From contig JAJXVV010000004.1 in the NCBI GenBank assembly GCA_021781955.1, forward strand, positions 1,739-65,738: DNA of 64,000 bases, written 5' to 3'. The notes under the pieces were generated by a model, which did no database searches, was not told the origin of the DNA, and saw only the letters and a list, made by a program, of their open reading frames with translations. The position numbers were made by a program, and so were the translations under genes. The DNA is from a bacterium (GTDB taxonomy: Bacteria; Patescibacteriota; Minisyncoccia; Phycocordibacterales; UBA2100). Positions 17,504 through 28,016 of the stretch are shown one piece after another. The first letter of the stretch is position 1. Each line of letters opens with the position of its first letter.

Positions 17504-18748
17504 CTACGAAAGCAGCAGCGCGCACACTTGCTTCTTGCCGCGGCGAAGCATCGCGATGCCTTCGTGAAAGTCGGCAGCATCGAGGACGCGCTTTTCGTCC
17601 ACGACCTGGTCGTTGAGGGCTACGGCCCGGTCCGCAAGGAATTGCCGCGCCTCGCGCTTGGACGACGCGAGCGATGAGGCGATGAGCGCGTCGACGAGCG
17701 GCATGCCTGCCTGCACCTCGCAGTGCGGCGCGGCGCGGCGCAACGTCTCGCGCGCGTGTTCCGACAAAATGTCGAGCGACGCTTCGCCGAAAAGCACCTC
17801 AGTGACCGACTCCGCTTCCTCCGCTTGTTCCTGCCCGTGTACGAGCTTGGTCACCTCGCGCGCGAGCAAACGCTGCGCGCCGCGCGATTTCTTATTTCGC
17901 TTGTGCAGTTCGGCGGCAGCAGCTATCTCTTCGAGCGTCAGGAGCGTAAAGAGCTTCAAATAGTGCTCGACGCTCTCGTCGTTCACATTGAACCAGAATT
18001 GGTAGAACGCGTACGGCGTCGTCATCTCCGGATCGAGCCAGATGGCATTGCCCTCGCTCTTGCCAAATTTCTTCCCGCTCGCCTTGTCGGTGACGATGGG
18101 CAGCGTCAAGCCGTAGGCGGTCTTCTCTTCTTTGCGACGAATGAGATCAACGCCGGTCACGATATTGCCCCACTGATCGGAGCCGCCGACCTGCACGTCG
18201 CAGCCATGCTCCGTGAAGAGGTGCCAGAAATCGTACGCTTGCAAGAGCGGGTACGAGAATTCCGTGAACGATATTCCCTCTTCGCTCTTGAGTCGCGCGG
18301 CGATCGCGTCTTTTTTGACGAGGCCGTTGACCGTGAAATATTTGCCGATATCGCGAAGGAACGCGATGAGATCGAGCTTCGTGAGCCAATCGGCGTTGTT
18401 GACCGCCGTCAGCTCGATACCACCGAGAAGTTTCTGCGCCTGTGTTCTGAGCTTTTCGGCGCGCGCGGCGATGGTCGCCTCATCAAGGAGCGGGCGCTCG
18501 ACATCGGGTTTCGGATCGCCGATGAGTCCGGTGCCGCCACCCAAGAGCACGATGACCCTATGTCCAGCTTCAGCAAAGTGTCGTAAAAGCATGTAACCGG
18601 CGAGGTTGCCGATGTGGATGGATTCTGCGGTCGGATCGACGCCAAGGTAAACTGTGCGCTTGGGACCGTCGGTAATTTCCTCAAGCCTCTCCGACGAGAA
18701 TTGGTAGACAAACCCGCGCCGTTGCAGCGTCTCGGACAATTTCACCAT
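17504..18748 (-). CDS. tyrS: Tyrosine--tRNA ligase
   Basis: YLGVDPT, HIGN, GGSDQWGNI, KFGKS, C-terminal S4 domain. Confidence 0.97.
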   Translation of the reverse strand: MVKLSETLQRRGFVYQFSSERLEEITDGPKRTVYLGVDPTAESIHIGNLAGYMLLRHFAEAGHRVIVLLGGGTGLIGDPKPDVERPLLDEATIAARAEKLRTQAQKLLGGIELTAVNNADWLTKLDLIAFLRDIGKYFTVNGLVKKDAIAARLKSEEGISFTEFSYPLLQAYDFWHLFTEHGCDVQVGGSDQWGNIVTGVDLIRRKEEKTAYGLTLPIVTDKASGKKFGKSEGNAIWLDPEMTTPYAFYQFWFNVNDESVEHYLKLFTLLTLEEIAAAAELHKRNKKSRGAQRLLAREVTKLVHGQEQAEEAESVTEVLFGEASLDILSEHARETLRRAAPHCEVQAGMPLVDALIASSLASSKREARQFLADRAVALNDQVVDEKRVLDAADFHEGIAMLRRGKKQVCALLLS

Positions 18749-18764
18749 CCGCGAAATATAGCAT

Positions 18765-18806
18765 AAAAAGGGTCGCGCGGCGGGGAGAGCACCGCCGGCG
18801 CGACCC
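18765..18806 (-). terminator. Terminator-like hairpin upstream of tyrS
   Basis: GGGTCGCGC...GCGCGACCC stem with inner GGCGG/CCGCC, followed by TTTTT on the minus strand. Confidence 0.5.
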
Positions 18807-18944
18807 GGCGAAGCGTCAAGATCGCCGCTTGCCGCGACGCCGTAGCCCATGCCACAAGCCGCTGCGACACGCACAGCGCGCCACGCCCAACAGAAATTTG
18901 GAATAAACGCGCCGAGAGGCTTGTACTATGAACGAAGCGCTTAT

Positions 18945-20732
18945 ATGCAACTCTCATCCTCCCTTACCAGCGTGCGCGCGTATGTGGTCGCGCACAAGAT
19001 CACGAGCACGCTCATCGCCATCGTTGTCGTGGGCGGCGGGTACTGGGGCTGGGTGGCGACCCACCCGGCGACCACGCAGACCTACTACATCATCGGCAAT
19101 GTCGCGACCGGAACGATCGTGGCGGCCGTGTCCGAGTCGGGCCAAGTATCGACGACCGACACAGTCGCCATTCAACCGCAAGTCTCGGGCCAGATCACCT
19201 GGGTAGGCGTGCAGCCGGGCGACAAGGTATATGCGGGCGAGAAGCTGGTGACGATTGATAACACGACGGCCCTCCAAAATCTTGCGGCAGCGAAACGCAC
19301 ACTTGCCTCCGATCAGCTCACGTATCAGCAGAGCCAGGCTCAGGCGCCCATTACCTACCAGAACGATCTCAACGCGCTTGCGACCGCCAATACAAACCTG
19401 CAGAACGACTACAACACGACCTACAACGACCTCGTCAACGCCTACCTCAACTTGCCGGGCGTCATCAACGGCGCGCAGGCGGCAATCTATGGCTACGATT
19501 TCGATCCGAAAAAGACCCAGTGGAACATGGACGTGCTCGCCAACGTCTTCACCGGCCAAGAGAACACGACCAACGTCCAAAACTTTAAGACCGCCTCGAT
19601 GAACGACTACCAAACCGCAGACACCGCGTACAACGCCGCGCTCGCCGCGTACCAGCAGACGCCGCGTACGGCCACGACAACCGCGATCGACGCGCTCCTT
19701 TCGCAATCCGTCCAGACCGAGACCGACGTCGCGCAGTCGCTCCAAAGCGAGCTGAATTTCTTCGGCGCGGTGTCCGATCTCGCGCAGGCGAACACCATCA
19801 CGCTTCCGGCAAAATTCCCGACCGTGCAGAGCAACACCACTTCATACCTCGCGACCGCCAACAGCGCGCTCACGACGCTCTTGAACGACCAAAAGACCTT
19901 GCAGAACGACGAGCAGGCCATCACCAACGCGCAGCAGACGATCACGCTTGCCCAAGTCGGCAATCCCCAGGGCGACAATCCTATCAGCTTGCAAGTGTCC
20001 TCGAGCAGCATCCTGCAAGAGCAGCAGAACATCGCGACGCAGGAGGCCAACCTTGCCGACTACGCGATCACCGCGCCTTTTGACGGCACGGTCTCTGCGG
20101 TCGGCGCGCAGGTGGGCAACAACGCGAGCGGCGACCTCGTGACGATCATCTCCAACTCGCAAATCGCCGACCTCTCCATCAACGAGGTCGATGCCGCGCA
20201 GATCAAACTCGGCGACAAGGTCACGCTCACCTTTGACGCGATCAACGGCCTGTCGCTCACGGGCAAAGTCGTCCAGATCGACTCCGTAGGCACGGTGAGC
20301 CAAGGCGTCGTGTCCTACACCATCGAAGTCTCGTTCGACACCCAGGACCCGCGCGTGAAATCCGGCATGACCGTCAATGCGGACATACAGACCGGGGTCG
20401 CGCGCGACGCGATGATCGTTCCCTCCTCCGCGATCAAGACGGCGTCGAACGGCCAGAGTTACGTGCTCGCGTTCCAGCCGGCACTACCAGCCGCGACGGT
20501 CGCCGCCGCCGGATCGGGCGGTATCACCTCGGCGACCCAGCCGGTGCAGATCCCGGTCGTGACCGGACTATCGGACACGACCGATACGCAGATCGTCTCG
20601 GGCCTCGCGTCGGGCCAGCAGATCGTCGTCTCGACCCGCACCGGCGGCCCCGTGACCGCGACCGCAGCGACCGCGGCGACGAGCCGGTTCGGCGGGGGCG
20701 GCGGAGCGGTCATTCGAGGTTTCGGCGGCTAA
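18945..20732 (+). CDS. MacA/HlyD-like efflux adaptor with very long helical domain
   Basis: N-terminal TM; split lipoyl motifs (SGQITWV...GDKV...G; ITAPFDGTV); beta-barrel ([12 protein letters not shown]); Gln/Thr/Ala-rich helical insert. Confidence 0.88.
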   Translation: MQLSSSLTSVRAYVVAHKITSTLIAIVVVGGGYWGWVATHPATTQTYYIIGNVATGTIVAAVSESGQVSTTDTVAIQPQVSGQITWVGVQPGDKVYAGEKLVTIDNTTALQNLAAAKRTLASDQLTYQQSQAQAPITYQNDLNALATANTNLQNDYNTTYNDLVNAYLNLPGVINGAQAAIYGYDFDPKKTQWNMDVLANVFTGQENTTNVQNFKTASMNDYQTADTAYNAALAAYQQTPRTATTTAIDALLSQSVQTETDVAQSLQSELNFFGAVSDLAQANTITLPAKFPTVQSNTTSYLATANSALTTLLNDQKTLQNDEQAITNAQQTITLAQVGNPQGDNPISLQVSSSSILQEQQNIATQEANLADYAITAPFDGTVSAVGAQVGNNASGDLVTIISNSQIADLSINEVDAAQIKLGDKVTLTFDAINGLSLTGKVVQIDSVGTVSQGVVSYTIEVSFDTQDPRVKSGMTVNADIQTGVARDAMIVPSSAIKTASNGQSYVLAFQPALPAATVAAAGSGGITSATQPVQIPVVTGLSDTTDTQIVSGLASGQQIVVSTRTGGPVTATAATAATSRFGGGGGAVIRGFGG

Positions 20733-20756
20733 ATCCTCGTCTCGCCAACGCACGAC

Positions 20757-21491
20757 ATGATCGAGGTCAAGAACATAATCAAAACGTACGGATCCGGAGA
20801 CGCCGCGTTCCAAGCGCTCAAGGGCGTCACATTCACCATCCAAGACGGAGAGTTCGTCGCTATTATGGGCCCGTCGGGTTCCGGCAAATCGACGCTCATG
20901 CATATCCTCGGCTGCCTCGACACCGCGACCTCCGGCTCGTACGTCCTCGACGGCAAAGACGTCTCTCGGCTCTCGGACGACGATCTCGCGACCATCCGCG
21001 GGCAGCGCATCGGCTTCGTGTTCCAATCGTTCAACCTCCTTCCCCGCACGAGCGTGCTGCGCAACGTCATGCTTCCGCTCGTGTACGACGCGGCGATACC
21101 GCTCGAGGAGCGCCACGCGCGCTCGTCGGCGGCGCTGCGTGCTGCCGGCCTTTCCGATGAGTTCTTCGGACACTTGTCCAACCAGCTCTCCGGCGGACAA
21201 ATCCAGCGCGTCGCTATCGCGCGGGCGCTCGTCAACGATCCGACGATGATACTGGCCGACGAACCGACCGGTAACCTCGACACGATGACCGGCGAGATCG
21301 TGCTCGGCACCTTTCAACGGCTGAACGAGGAGCATAAACGCACGATCGTGCTCATTACGCACGAACCCGACGTCGCCGAGCACGCGGAACGCATCATCAC
21401 GGTGCGCGACGGGCTTATCACGTCAGATTCCAAGAATCACAAGCGCCGCCGCGCGCTCCTCGCCGAAGCGAGCGCGCGCCAACCCGTATGA
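20757..21491 (+). CDS. MacB-family ABC transporter ATP-binding subunit
   Basis: [28 protein letters not shown]. Confidence 0.95.
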   Translation: MIEVKNIIKTYGSGDAAFQALKGVTFTIQDGEFVAIMGPSGSGKSTLMHILGCLDTATSGSYVLDGKDVSRLSDDDLATIRGQRIGFVFQSFNLLPRTSVLRNVMLPLVYDAAIPLEERHARSSAALRAAGLSDEFFGHLSNQLSGGQIQRVAIARALVNDPTMILADEPTGNLDTMTGEIVLGTFQRLNEEHKRTIVLITHEPDVAEHAERIITVRDGLITSDSKNHKRRRALLAEASARQPV

Positions 21492-22738
21492 AAACGAAAG
21501 ACCTCCTCGAAGAGACTGTGACTGCGCTCTCGGCCAACAAGGCGCGTTCAAGCCTCACCGTTCTGGGCATCGTCATAGGCATCTCGTCCGTCATCGCGAT
21601 GATATCGGTCGGCCAAGGCGCTTCCTCCGGCATCCAGTCGTCCATCCAATCCCTCGGTTCCAACCTCATCATGGTGACGCCGGGCGCAGCGCGAGGACCT
21701 GGCGGCTTCGGCGTGAGCGCGGGCCGCGGATCGGCTTCGACGCTCGTCCAGGCCGACGCCACCGCTATCGCCTCTTCCGTTCAAAACGTCACCGCCCTCT
21801 CGAGCGAGGTCTCGAGCCGGCAGCAAGTGACCGCAAAAGGCACAAACACCAACGTCTCCGTCGACGGCGTCAACGCCGCATACGCGCAGGTCCGCAATGT
21901 GCAGATGGACCAGGGATCGTTCGTGACCGATCAGCAGAGCCAAAGCCTGCAGAAGGTCGCCGTGCTGGGACCCACCGTCGCGAGCGATCTTTTCGGCACC
22001 GACAGCACGACGGCCGACGGCCTGCCGGCCGGTATCGTCGGGCAGGCCATCCGGATCAAGAGCATGCAGTTCATCGTTATCGGCATCACCCAGTCGAAGG
22101 GCGGAAGCGGCCCTGGCAATCAGGACGACATGGTCTACATTCCGCTTGAAACGGCCCAACTCTTCCTCACGGGCAACAATTCGGTCACGACCATCGATAT
22201 CCAAGCTGCGAGCGCCAACGCGATGACGCAAGTGCAGAATGACATCACGACGCTGCTCCTGCAGCGCCACAACATTTCCGATCCGACGAAAGCCGACTTC
22301 AGCACGCTCAACCAGAACGACCTGCTCTCGACGGTTTCGAACGTTACGCAAACGCTCACCATCCTGCTCGCCTCGATCGCAGGCATCTCGCTTCTGGTCG
22401 GCGGCATCGGCATCATGAACATGATGCTCACCACCGTGACCGAACGCACCCGCGAGATCGGTCTGCGTAAGGCGATCGGAGCGAAACGCGGCGATATCAG
22501 TACGCAATTCCTCGCTGAGGCGGTCATGCTAACGCTCCTCGGCGGCGCGATCGGCGTTTTGCTCGGCGTCGGCATCTCCTACGTGGTCGGCGCGCTCGGC
22601 CTCATCGCCACGATGATATCGTGGAATTCGGTCGTGCTCGCCTTCGGCGTCTCGGCCGCGATCGGCATCGCCTTCGGTTACTACCCGGCGCGGCGTGCCG
22701 CTCACATGAACCCGATCGACGCGCTCCGCTACGAGTGA
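21488..22738 (+). CDS. MacB/FtsX-family ABC transporter permease
   Basis: LTVLGIVIG, GGIGIMNMML, ERTREIGLRKAIGA, PIDALRYE. Confidence 0.95.
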   Translation: MKTKDLLEETVTALSANKARSSLTVLGIVIGISSVIAMISVGQGASSGIQSSIQSLGSNLIMVTPGAARGPGGFGVSAGRGSASTLVQADATAIASSVQNVTALSSEVSSRQQVTAKGTNTNVSVDGVNAAYAQVRNVQMDQGSFVTDQQSQSLQKVAVLGPTVASDLFGTDSTTADGLPAGIVGQAIRIKSMQFIVIGITQSKGGSGPGNQDDMVYIPLETAQLFLTGNNSVTTIDIQAASANAMTQVQNDITTLLLQRHNISDPTKADFSTLNQNDLLSTVSNVTQTLTILLASIAGISLLVGGIGIMNMMLTTVTERTREIGLRKAIGAKRGDISTQFLAEAVMLTLLGGAIGVLLGVGISYVVGALGLIATMISWNSVVLAFGVSAAIGIAFGYYPARRAAHMNPIDALRYE

Positions 22739-22781
22739 CCTCGGGTAATTATTATCCATTACGAATAGTTCATCTTTACGT

Positions 22782-23234
22782 ATGAGTAAACAGCTTGTTA
22801 TCGGGGCCATCGTCGGGATCATCGTCGGAGGCGGCATCGGCGCCTGGGGCGGTATGCAGTACCAGGCATCGCAAAACCCTGTTCGGAACGGCTTCGGCAA
22901 CGCCGGAGGCACCTTCTCCGGTCGCTCGGGAGGGGTCGGCGGCTCCCGCAGTGGCGCGGGAGCGATCTTCGGAACCATTATATCCGCAGATGCGTCATCA
23001 ATAACGGTACAGATCGGGGGTCCGAGCGCCTCAACGACTAACGGCGCCGCGAGCGGTACCAAGATCGCACTGCTCGACAATTCGACGCAGATCGAGAAAA
23101 TCATCGTCGGCAGCGTGAGCGATCTCACCGTCGGCCGGACCGTCATGGTGTCCGGAACCGCAAACAGCGACGGCTCCATCACCGCGCAATCCATTCAGAT
23201 CCGCCCTGCGGGCGCTCGTCCGGCGGGGCAATAG
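22782..23234 (+). CDS. Membrane-anchored DUF5666-like (OB-fold-like) protein
   Basis: TM helix, Gly-rich linker, DLTVG...V.VSG...DGSITAQSIQI. Confidence 0.6.
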   Translation: MSKQLVIGAIVGIIVGGGIGAWGGMQYQASQNPVRNGFGNAGGTFSGRSGGVGGSRSGAGAIFGTIISADASSITVQIGGPSASTTNGAASGTKIALLDNSTQIEKIIVGSVSDLTVGRTVMVSGTANSDGSITAQSIQIRPAGARPAGQ

Positions 23235-23253
23235 ATCACGAATCGGTGCCAGG

Positions 23254-23288
23254 GCAAAAGCCGCGATGCAAAGCGCTGCGGCTTTTGC
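23254..23288. terminator. Bidirectional intrinsic terminator
   Basis: GCAAAAGCCGC...GCGGCTTTTGC between convergent genes. Confidence 0.75.
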
Positions 23289-23298
23289 GTATGCTCAG

Positions 23299-23946
23299 TC
23301 AAGCACTGTGAACGGTCTCCCTGCCGACCACCGTGCCAAGTATGAGACCGGCGACAACGTCGGAAAACCAATGGAATCCTACCGCCGCTCCTGCGGCGAC
23401 AAGAGCGACTTCAGTGAACAGAATGATCTTGATCGCGTAAGAGCGGTATGCGGAGACGAACGCAAGCGCGCCTGCCATGGCAGTCGCCGCATGCGAGGAT
23501 GGCCAACCCCAAAAGACGCCGTTGCGTAAAACGCCGAATTGAAACTCTTTACTGATGTCGCTGCCGCCGATCGTGCCCAAGAATTCCGGCTGAATACGGC
23601 CGGTAAAGACTTTGTAGAACATCGTCACGACGAGCGCGGCGAGCACGGCTCGCGCGACCGAAGCGCCGGCGCGTCGGAGCTTGTCGTTATGCAGAAAATC
23701 CCCGGCGACGTACGGTACGAGCGCAAGCAAGACCGGCACGAAAAAACCGCCGATGCCCGCGGCCCACACGAGCGGATAGAGCATCGTACTGCGGGTTGCT
23801 TCATAAAAATGCCAATCAGTATCGGTGAGCACGATGACTGCGGTCAGCGCGACGGCGATCGCATGCCACCGGAGGTTACGAGTTGAAAAAACGGAGCGCA
23901 GTGTCCGAGGAAAGCCCGTGAACACCTCCTCAAACATGCGCATCAC
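23299..23946 (-). CDS. PAP2 family membrane phosphatase
   Basis: K..TGR.QP, WPSSH and HWFSDV motifs. Confidence 0.85.
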   Translation of the reverse strand: MMRMFEEVFTGFPRTLRSVFSTRNLRWHAIAVALTAVIVLTDTDWHFYEATRSTMLYPLVWAAGIGGFFVPVLLALVPYVAGDFLHNDKLRRAGASVARAVLAALVVTMFYKVFTGRIQPEFLGTIGGSDISKEFQFGVLRNGVFWGWPSSHAATAMAGALAFVSAYRSYAIKIILFTEVALVAAGAAVGFHWFSDVVAGLILGTVVGRETVHSA

Positions 23947-25394
23947 CGTTCCGGGCGCAGGAGCGGGAAAAGCTGCGCCTCGTGGGCGGGGACGTTCTCG
24001 AGAAAGGCAAAAAGGCGTTCCGAGACACCGAAGCCGAAGGAAGGTGGCATGCCGTACTCCATCGCGCGCACGTATGCATCATCGAGGCGCTGCGCCTCGT
24101 CGTCGCCTTCGTCGCGCAGCCTCTGTTGCTCCTCGAAGCGCGTGCGCTGATCGAGCGGATCGTTGAGCTCGCTAAAGCCCTTGCCTACCTCGCTGCCCGC
24201 GAGAATGACCTGCAAGCGTTCGACCGTTTCCGGCTTTTCGACGAAGCGCTTCGCGAGCGGCTCCAGATAGACCGGCACGCCGACCAGAAACGCTGGTCCG
24301 GAAATGCCTTTGCGCAGTTTTTTCCAAAGATGGTCGACCGCGCGCGCTTTGTTGAGCGTCTCTCCCACCTCGATGTGCGCATCGCGCACCGCCCGTACCG
24401 CCTCCTCTTCGCTGCACGAGAGCGGATCGATGTCGTACTCTTTTTGTATCGCGTCGCAAAAATCGACGACCTTCCATTCCTCGGCGAGATCGATCGTGTG
24501 ACCATGCATTTCGAACGTGTACTTCCCGTAGACCTCCTTGGCGATCGAGCGGTAAAGCTCCTGCACGAACACGCCGCCTTTTTTAAGGTCGCTGTACGCT
24601 TCGTACGACTCGAGCTGTGTATAATCCTGCAAGTGCTCGCGCGACTGGCCTTCATTGCGGAAAATGCGGCCGATCTCGAAGACTTTCGGGAAACCCGCGA
24701 TCAAAAGCTCCTTTTGCCAGAGCTCGCCTGCGGCAATGCGTAGATACACTTCGATATCGAGCGCGTTGTGATGTGTAATGAACGGACGCGCATCGGCTCC
24801 GCCGGGCGTCGTCTCAAGAGCGGGCGTTTCCACCTCGAGGAAACCGCGCGCGCGATAAAAGTCACGTATCGCTTGCCAGAATCTCGCGCGCCGCTCGAAG
24901 CGTTGCCGGAGCTCGCCATTGAGCAATATATCGAGGTACCGTCGGCGCAATTTGAGCTCTTCGTCCTTGAGGCCGAACCAGCTGTCGGGCACGGGGAGGA
25001 GCGATTTTGAAAGCATGCGCCAGGAGCGCTGCCGGAGCGATGATTGTCCGCGCCTGGTTTTGAAAGCGGTTCCCGTAAACTCCACGAAATCGCCGACATC
25101 GACGGCCTGCGAGAACAGGTCGACCTGGCTCCCTTCGCCTTCTTGCACGACGACCTGTGCCTTACCCGTGCCATCGGACACATCGACGAACGTGATGCCG
25201 CCCTGCCCGCGCAGGGAAAGGACGCGGCCGGCCAACGTCGTTGGCCGGCCGCTCTCTTCCAATTCGCCGAATCCCGCGAGAAAATCCGCACACGACGCGT
25301 CGCGAGCAGTCGACGCTGGATATGCGGGCATCCCCGCTTCCCGCAGCAATTCGATTTTCTTGAGTCGCTCCGCTCGGATATCCGCTTCGCTCAT
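23943..25394 (-). CDS. lysS: Lysine--tRNA ligase (class II)
   Basis: OB-fold, GGADARPF, RIFRNEG, ELNDP, EYGMPP. Confidence 0.96.
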   Translation of the reverse strand: MSEADIRAERLKKIELLREAGMPAYPASTARDASCADFLAGFGELEESGRPTTLAGRVLSLRGQGGITFVDVSDGTGKAQVVVQEGEGSQVDLFSQAVDVGDFVEFTGTAFKTRRGQSSLRQRSWRMLSKSLLPVPDSWFGLKDEELKLRRRYLDILLNGELRQRFERRARFWQAIRDFYRARGFLEVETPALETTPGGADARPFITHHNALDIEVYLRIAAGELWQKELLIAGFPKVFEIGRIFRNEGQSREHLQDYTQLESYEAYSDLKKGGVFVQELYRSIAKEVYGKYTFEMHGHTIDLAEEWKVVDFCDAIQKEYDIDPLSCSEEEAVRAVRDAHIEVGETLNKARAVDHLWKKLRKGISGPAFLVGVPVYLEPLAKRFVEKPETVERLQVILAGSEVGKGFSELNDPLDQRTRFEEQQRLRDEGDDEAQRLDDAYVRAMEYGMPPSFGFGVSERLFAFLENVPAHEAQLFPLLRPER

Positions 25395-25414
25395 GGAGAA
25401 ATGATACCAGGGGA

Positions 25415-25888
25415 TCACTGATTTGTAACGCACGCGCGGTACGTCTGGACGTTCCCTTCCACAACGTACGCCGCGTTATCCTGGTCCATAAAAACGAAAC
25501 TGCCGTCGGGATTAGCGAACCGCGCGCCCGTATCGGAGAACGTCTGCGGCAAGTGCACGCGGCGGCCGTCGGAGAGCGTGAGGTCCACAGCGGAATTCAA
25601 GAAGCTCGCTTCTATGGTCTTGCTGTCCGCGCATTGATAGCGCGCCAACGTCTCCTGATCCCACACGCTCGGGATGTGTGCTTGGATCGTGTGAATGGCC
25701 CGGTCGTACGGGAGTACGCTACGCGTGGTCGCGAGCCCGATGCCGATGATCGGCAGCGATATCAATATAAGCGCGAATATCATCAAGCGGTTGGAGTGTT
25801 TCCTCGTCTCGAGCCAGGGGTCGGTCGTCTTCACGACCCACCCCTTTACCAAGCCATGATCCTCCGCAGGAGGTGCCTGATCGGTCAT
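25415..25888 (-). CDS. Membrane-anchored MliC/PliC-family lysozyme inhibitor
   Basis: YQCAD...LSDGR...LPQTFSDTGARFAN...C. Confidence 0.75.
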   Translation of the reverse strand: MTDQAPPAEDHGLVKGWVVKTTDPWLETRKHSNRLMIFALILISLPIIGIGLATTRSVLPYDRAIHTIQAHIPSVWDQETLARYQCADSKTIEASFLNSAVDLTLSDGRRVHLPQTFSDTGARFANPDGSFVFMDQDNAAYVVEGNVQTYRACVTNQ

Positions 25889-25915
25889 AACGCTAAAGCA
25901 TAGCAAACCGTCGTC

Positions 25916-26353
25916 TCATTGGCCATCGCTGGAATGCACGGCCCGAACGCGCCGCAGGGCACGCGCGAGCGCCTCGAGCTCTCCGTGCGGCACGCGCGAA
26001 AAGACACGGCGCAGAGCCTCCGTGGAGCGGGCACAATGCTCCGAAAGGCGGCGCTTGCCGAGCGTCGTTAAAGAAAGCCGCTTGATGCGTTTGTCCGTCG
26101 CGCATACGGTCTGCCGCACGAATTTCCGCGCGACGAGATGATTGACGAGCGAGGTAGCGGACGGCGCCGTGATCCTGAGGTGTGCGGCGACTTCCCGCAT
26201 CGTCGGCGCTTCGGACGAAGCGATGAACTTCATCGTCTCGAAATGAAGCCAGGCATTCGGGTCGCTTTGCGCTTCCGGTAAATTCGCGCGCACGACTTGC
26301 CGCACCGAGAAGAAGAGCGTCGAGAGTTCTTCGAAAGACGCCTTGTCGCGCAT
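25916..26353 (-). CDS. MarR family transcriptional regulator
   Basis: TMREVA...ITAPSATSLV...DKRIKRLSLTTLG. Confidence 0.9.
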   Translation of the reverse strand: MRDKASFEELSTLFFSVRQVVRANLPEAQSDPNAWLHFETMKFIASSEAPTMREVAAHLRITAPSATSLVNHLVARKFVRQTVCATDKRIKRLSLTTLGKRRLSEHCARSTEALRRVFSRVPHGELEALARALRRVRAVHSSDGQ

Positions 26354-26357
26354 ACAC

Positions 26358-27872
26358 TTATCCTGCCATGGCCTCGGCTCGCGCCTCCGCAGAAAGCTCC
26401 GCGCCGCTCCCCGAGCGACGCAGCAACACGAGCCCGAGCACGCCGCCGATGAACATCGCCCCGGCGGCGAACACGAAAACCTCCCCGTACGCGAGCAGGT
26501 CGGCCTTCAGGATGATGAGCTGCGTCCCTTGCGCGATCACCTGCGGGACGGTGCTCCGAATGACGGAGTGTTGCGCGACGGACAGGACGTTCGCGTTCGT
26601 CGCATTGGTGAGTACCGTACCGAACAGCGCGATACCGAACGCGCCCCCGATGTTGCGCGTGAGATTGAGGAGCCCCGAAGACATGCCGACCTCGTTCACG
26701 GGAACCGCGGTCGTGGCGGCGGTCGTCAGAGGCGCCATGCCGAGCCCCAGTCCTGCGCCGAAGAGCGCGAGCGGGACGATAAAGCTCGCGTAGGTCATCG
26801 TGGGATCGAGCGTGCGCAGCATGTAAAAGCTGAGCGCGGCAATCGCCATGCCTGCGGAGACCGTGTAGCGCGGATGGAAGGTGTGCGCGAGCCGTGCGCC
26901 TAAGGGCGCGAATATCGGTAATGCGAGTCCCATCGGAACAAAAATCAAGCCTGTCTGCACCGCGTCGTACCCGAGGAAGGTCTGCGTGAAAACCGGCAGC
27001 AAGAACATCGCGCCCATCATCCCGCCGAACGAGATGAACGACACCGCGAGCACCGAGACGATAGTCGGATTTTGGAAGAGTCTGAAATCAATGACGGGAT
27101 GCTCATGGCGAGTTTCCCACCAGTAGGTCAGGTAGCCGAATACGATGGTCGCCGCGTAGGAAGCAATGCTCGCTGCCGAGGTCCAGCCCCACGTTTGCCC
27201 CTGGTCGAGCACCATCACCATCGGCGTAATAGCGCCGGCGAGCAGGACAGAGCCGAACCAGTCGAATGCGCCGCGATCGGTCGGCCGGTCGTGCGGGAGG
27301 AAGAGAAGCGTCATCAAAAGTCCGGCGATGCCGATGGGCAGGTTGATGTAGAAGATCATGCGCCAAGAGAACGAGTCGATGAGGTAGCCGCCCAGCAAGG
27401 GGCCTATCACTGCAGAGACCGCAAAGGAAGACGACCAGATGCCGAGTGCCTGCGCTCGCGCTCTCGGCTCGACGAACGATTTGGCGATGAGCGACATCGC
27501 GGTCGGATAGATAGCTGCCCCGACGAGACCTTGAAGGGTCCGAAAGAATATGAGCGACGGAAAATCCCAGGCAAGTCCCGTGAGCACGGAGACGACAATG
27601 AAGCCGACGAAACTCCAGAGGTAGATGACGCGATTCCCGAAGAGATCGCCAAGCTTGCCGAAGACGGGCACGAAGACGGCGTTCGAGATGATGTAGGCGG
27701 TCGCGATCCACGCTGCGGTCGTCACGTCAATGCCGAAATCGTTGATCACTTTCGGCACCGCGAGATTGACCACGGTGCGGTCGAGGCCGATCAAGAGCGT
27801 CCCGAGCATGACCGTGGCCAGGACGAGCCAGGGATGCCCGGCAAGCGAGTGCGTGTCATTTTTCGTCGTCAT
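26358..27872 (-). CDS. DHA2 (EmrB/QacA) MFS efflux permease
   Basis: About 14 TMs; LDRTVVNLAVP, GKLGDLFG, GPLLGG, WRMIFYINLPIG. Confidence 0.93.
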   Translation of the reverse strand: MTTKNDTHSLAGHPWLVLATVMLGTLLIGLDRTVVNLAVPKVINDFGIDVTTAAWIATAYIISNAVFVPVFGKLGDLFGNRVIYLWSFVGFIVVSVLTGLAWDFPSLIFFRTLQGLVGAAIYPTAMSLIAKSFVEPRARAQALGIWSSSFAVSAVIGPLLGGYLIDSFSWRMIFYINLPIGIAGLLMTLLFLPHDRPTDRGAFDWFGSVLLAGAITPMVMVLDQGQTWGWTSAASIASYAATIVFGYLTYWWETRHEHPVIDFRLFQNPTIVSVLAVSFISFGGMMGAMFLLPVFTQTFLGYDAVQTGLIFVPMGLALPIFAPLGARLAHTFHPRYTVSAGMAIAALSFYMLRTLDPTMTYASFIVPLALFGAGLGLGMAPLTTAATTAVPVNEVGMSSGLLNLTRNIGGAFGIALFGTVLTNATNANVLSVAQHSVIRSTVPQVIAQGTQLIILKADLLAYGEVFVFAAGAMFIGGVLGLVLLRRSGSGAELSAEARAEAMAG

Positions 27873-27898
27873 ATCCTTAAACAGCTACGGAACGAGAC

Positions 27899-28016
27899 TG
27901 AAAGTCGCGAGGCGTGCGTGCCTTGCCGTCTCTCGCAGCTCGACGGCGCGAGAGGGAGTGCTGGCGCAGCAGCGCCAGACAGCGACGGCAAGGCATGCAT
28001 GTCGATGCGACTTTCA
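27899..28016 (+). other. Long structured element (30-bp closing stem plus two inner hairpins)
   Basis: 27899-27908 pairs with 28007-28016; 27911-27930 pairs with 27984-28003 (3 G-U); inner TCTCGC/GCGAGA and CTGGCGC/GCGCCAG. Confidence 0.7.

Noticed and set aside
18749-18944. T-box riboswitch upstream of tyrS
   Set aside because: No GGTGGnACCGCG T-box consensus or specifier stem recognisable
22019-22048. GGCCTGCC...GGCAGGCC inverted repeat inside the ABC permease
   Set aside because: Single 8-bp GC-rich stem with a long loop; compatible with chance
25116-25127. 12-bp palindrome CAGGTCGACCTG in lysS
   Set aside because: Single copy, unrelated to the 17-bp family and built around a hexamer that is very frequent here
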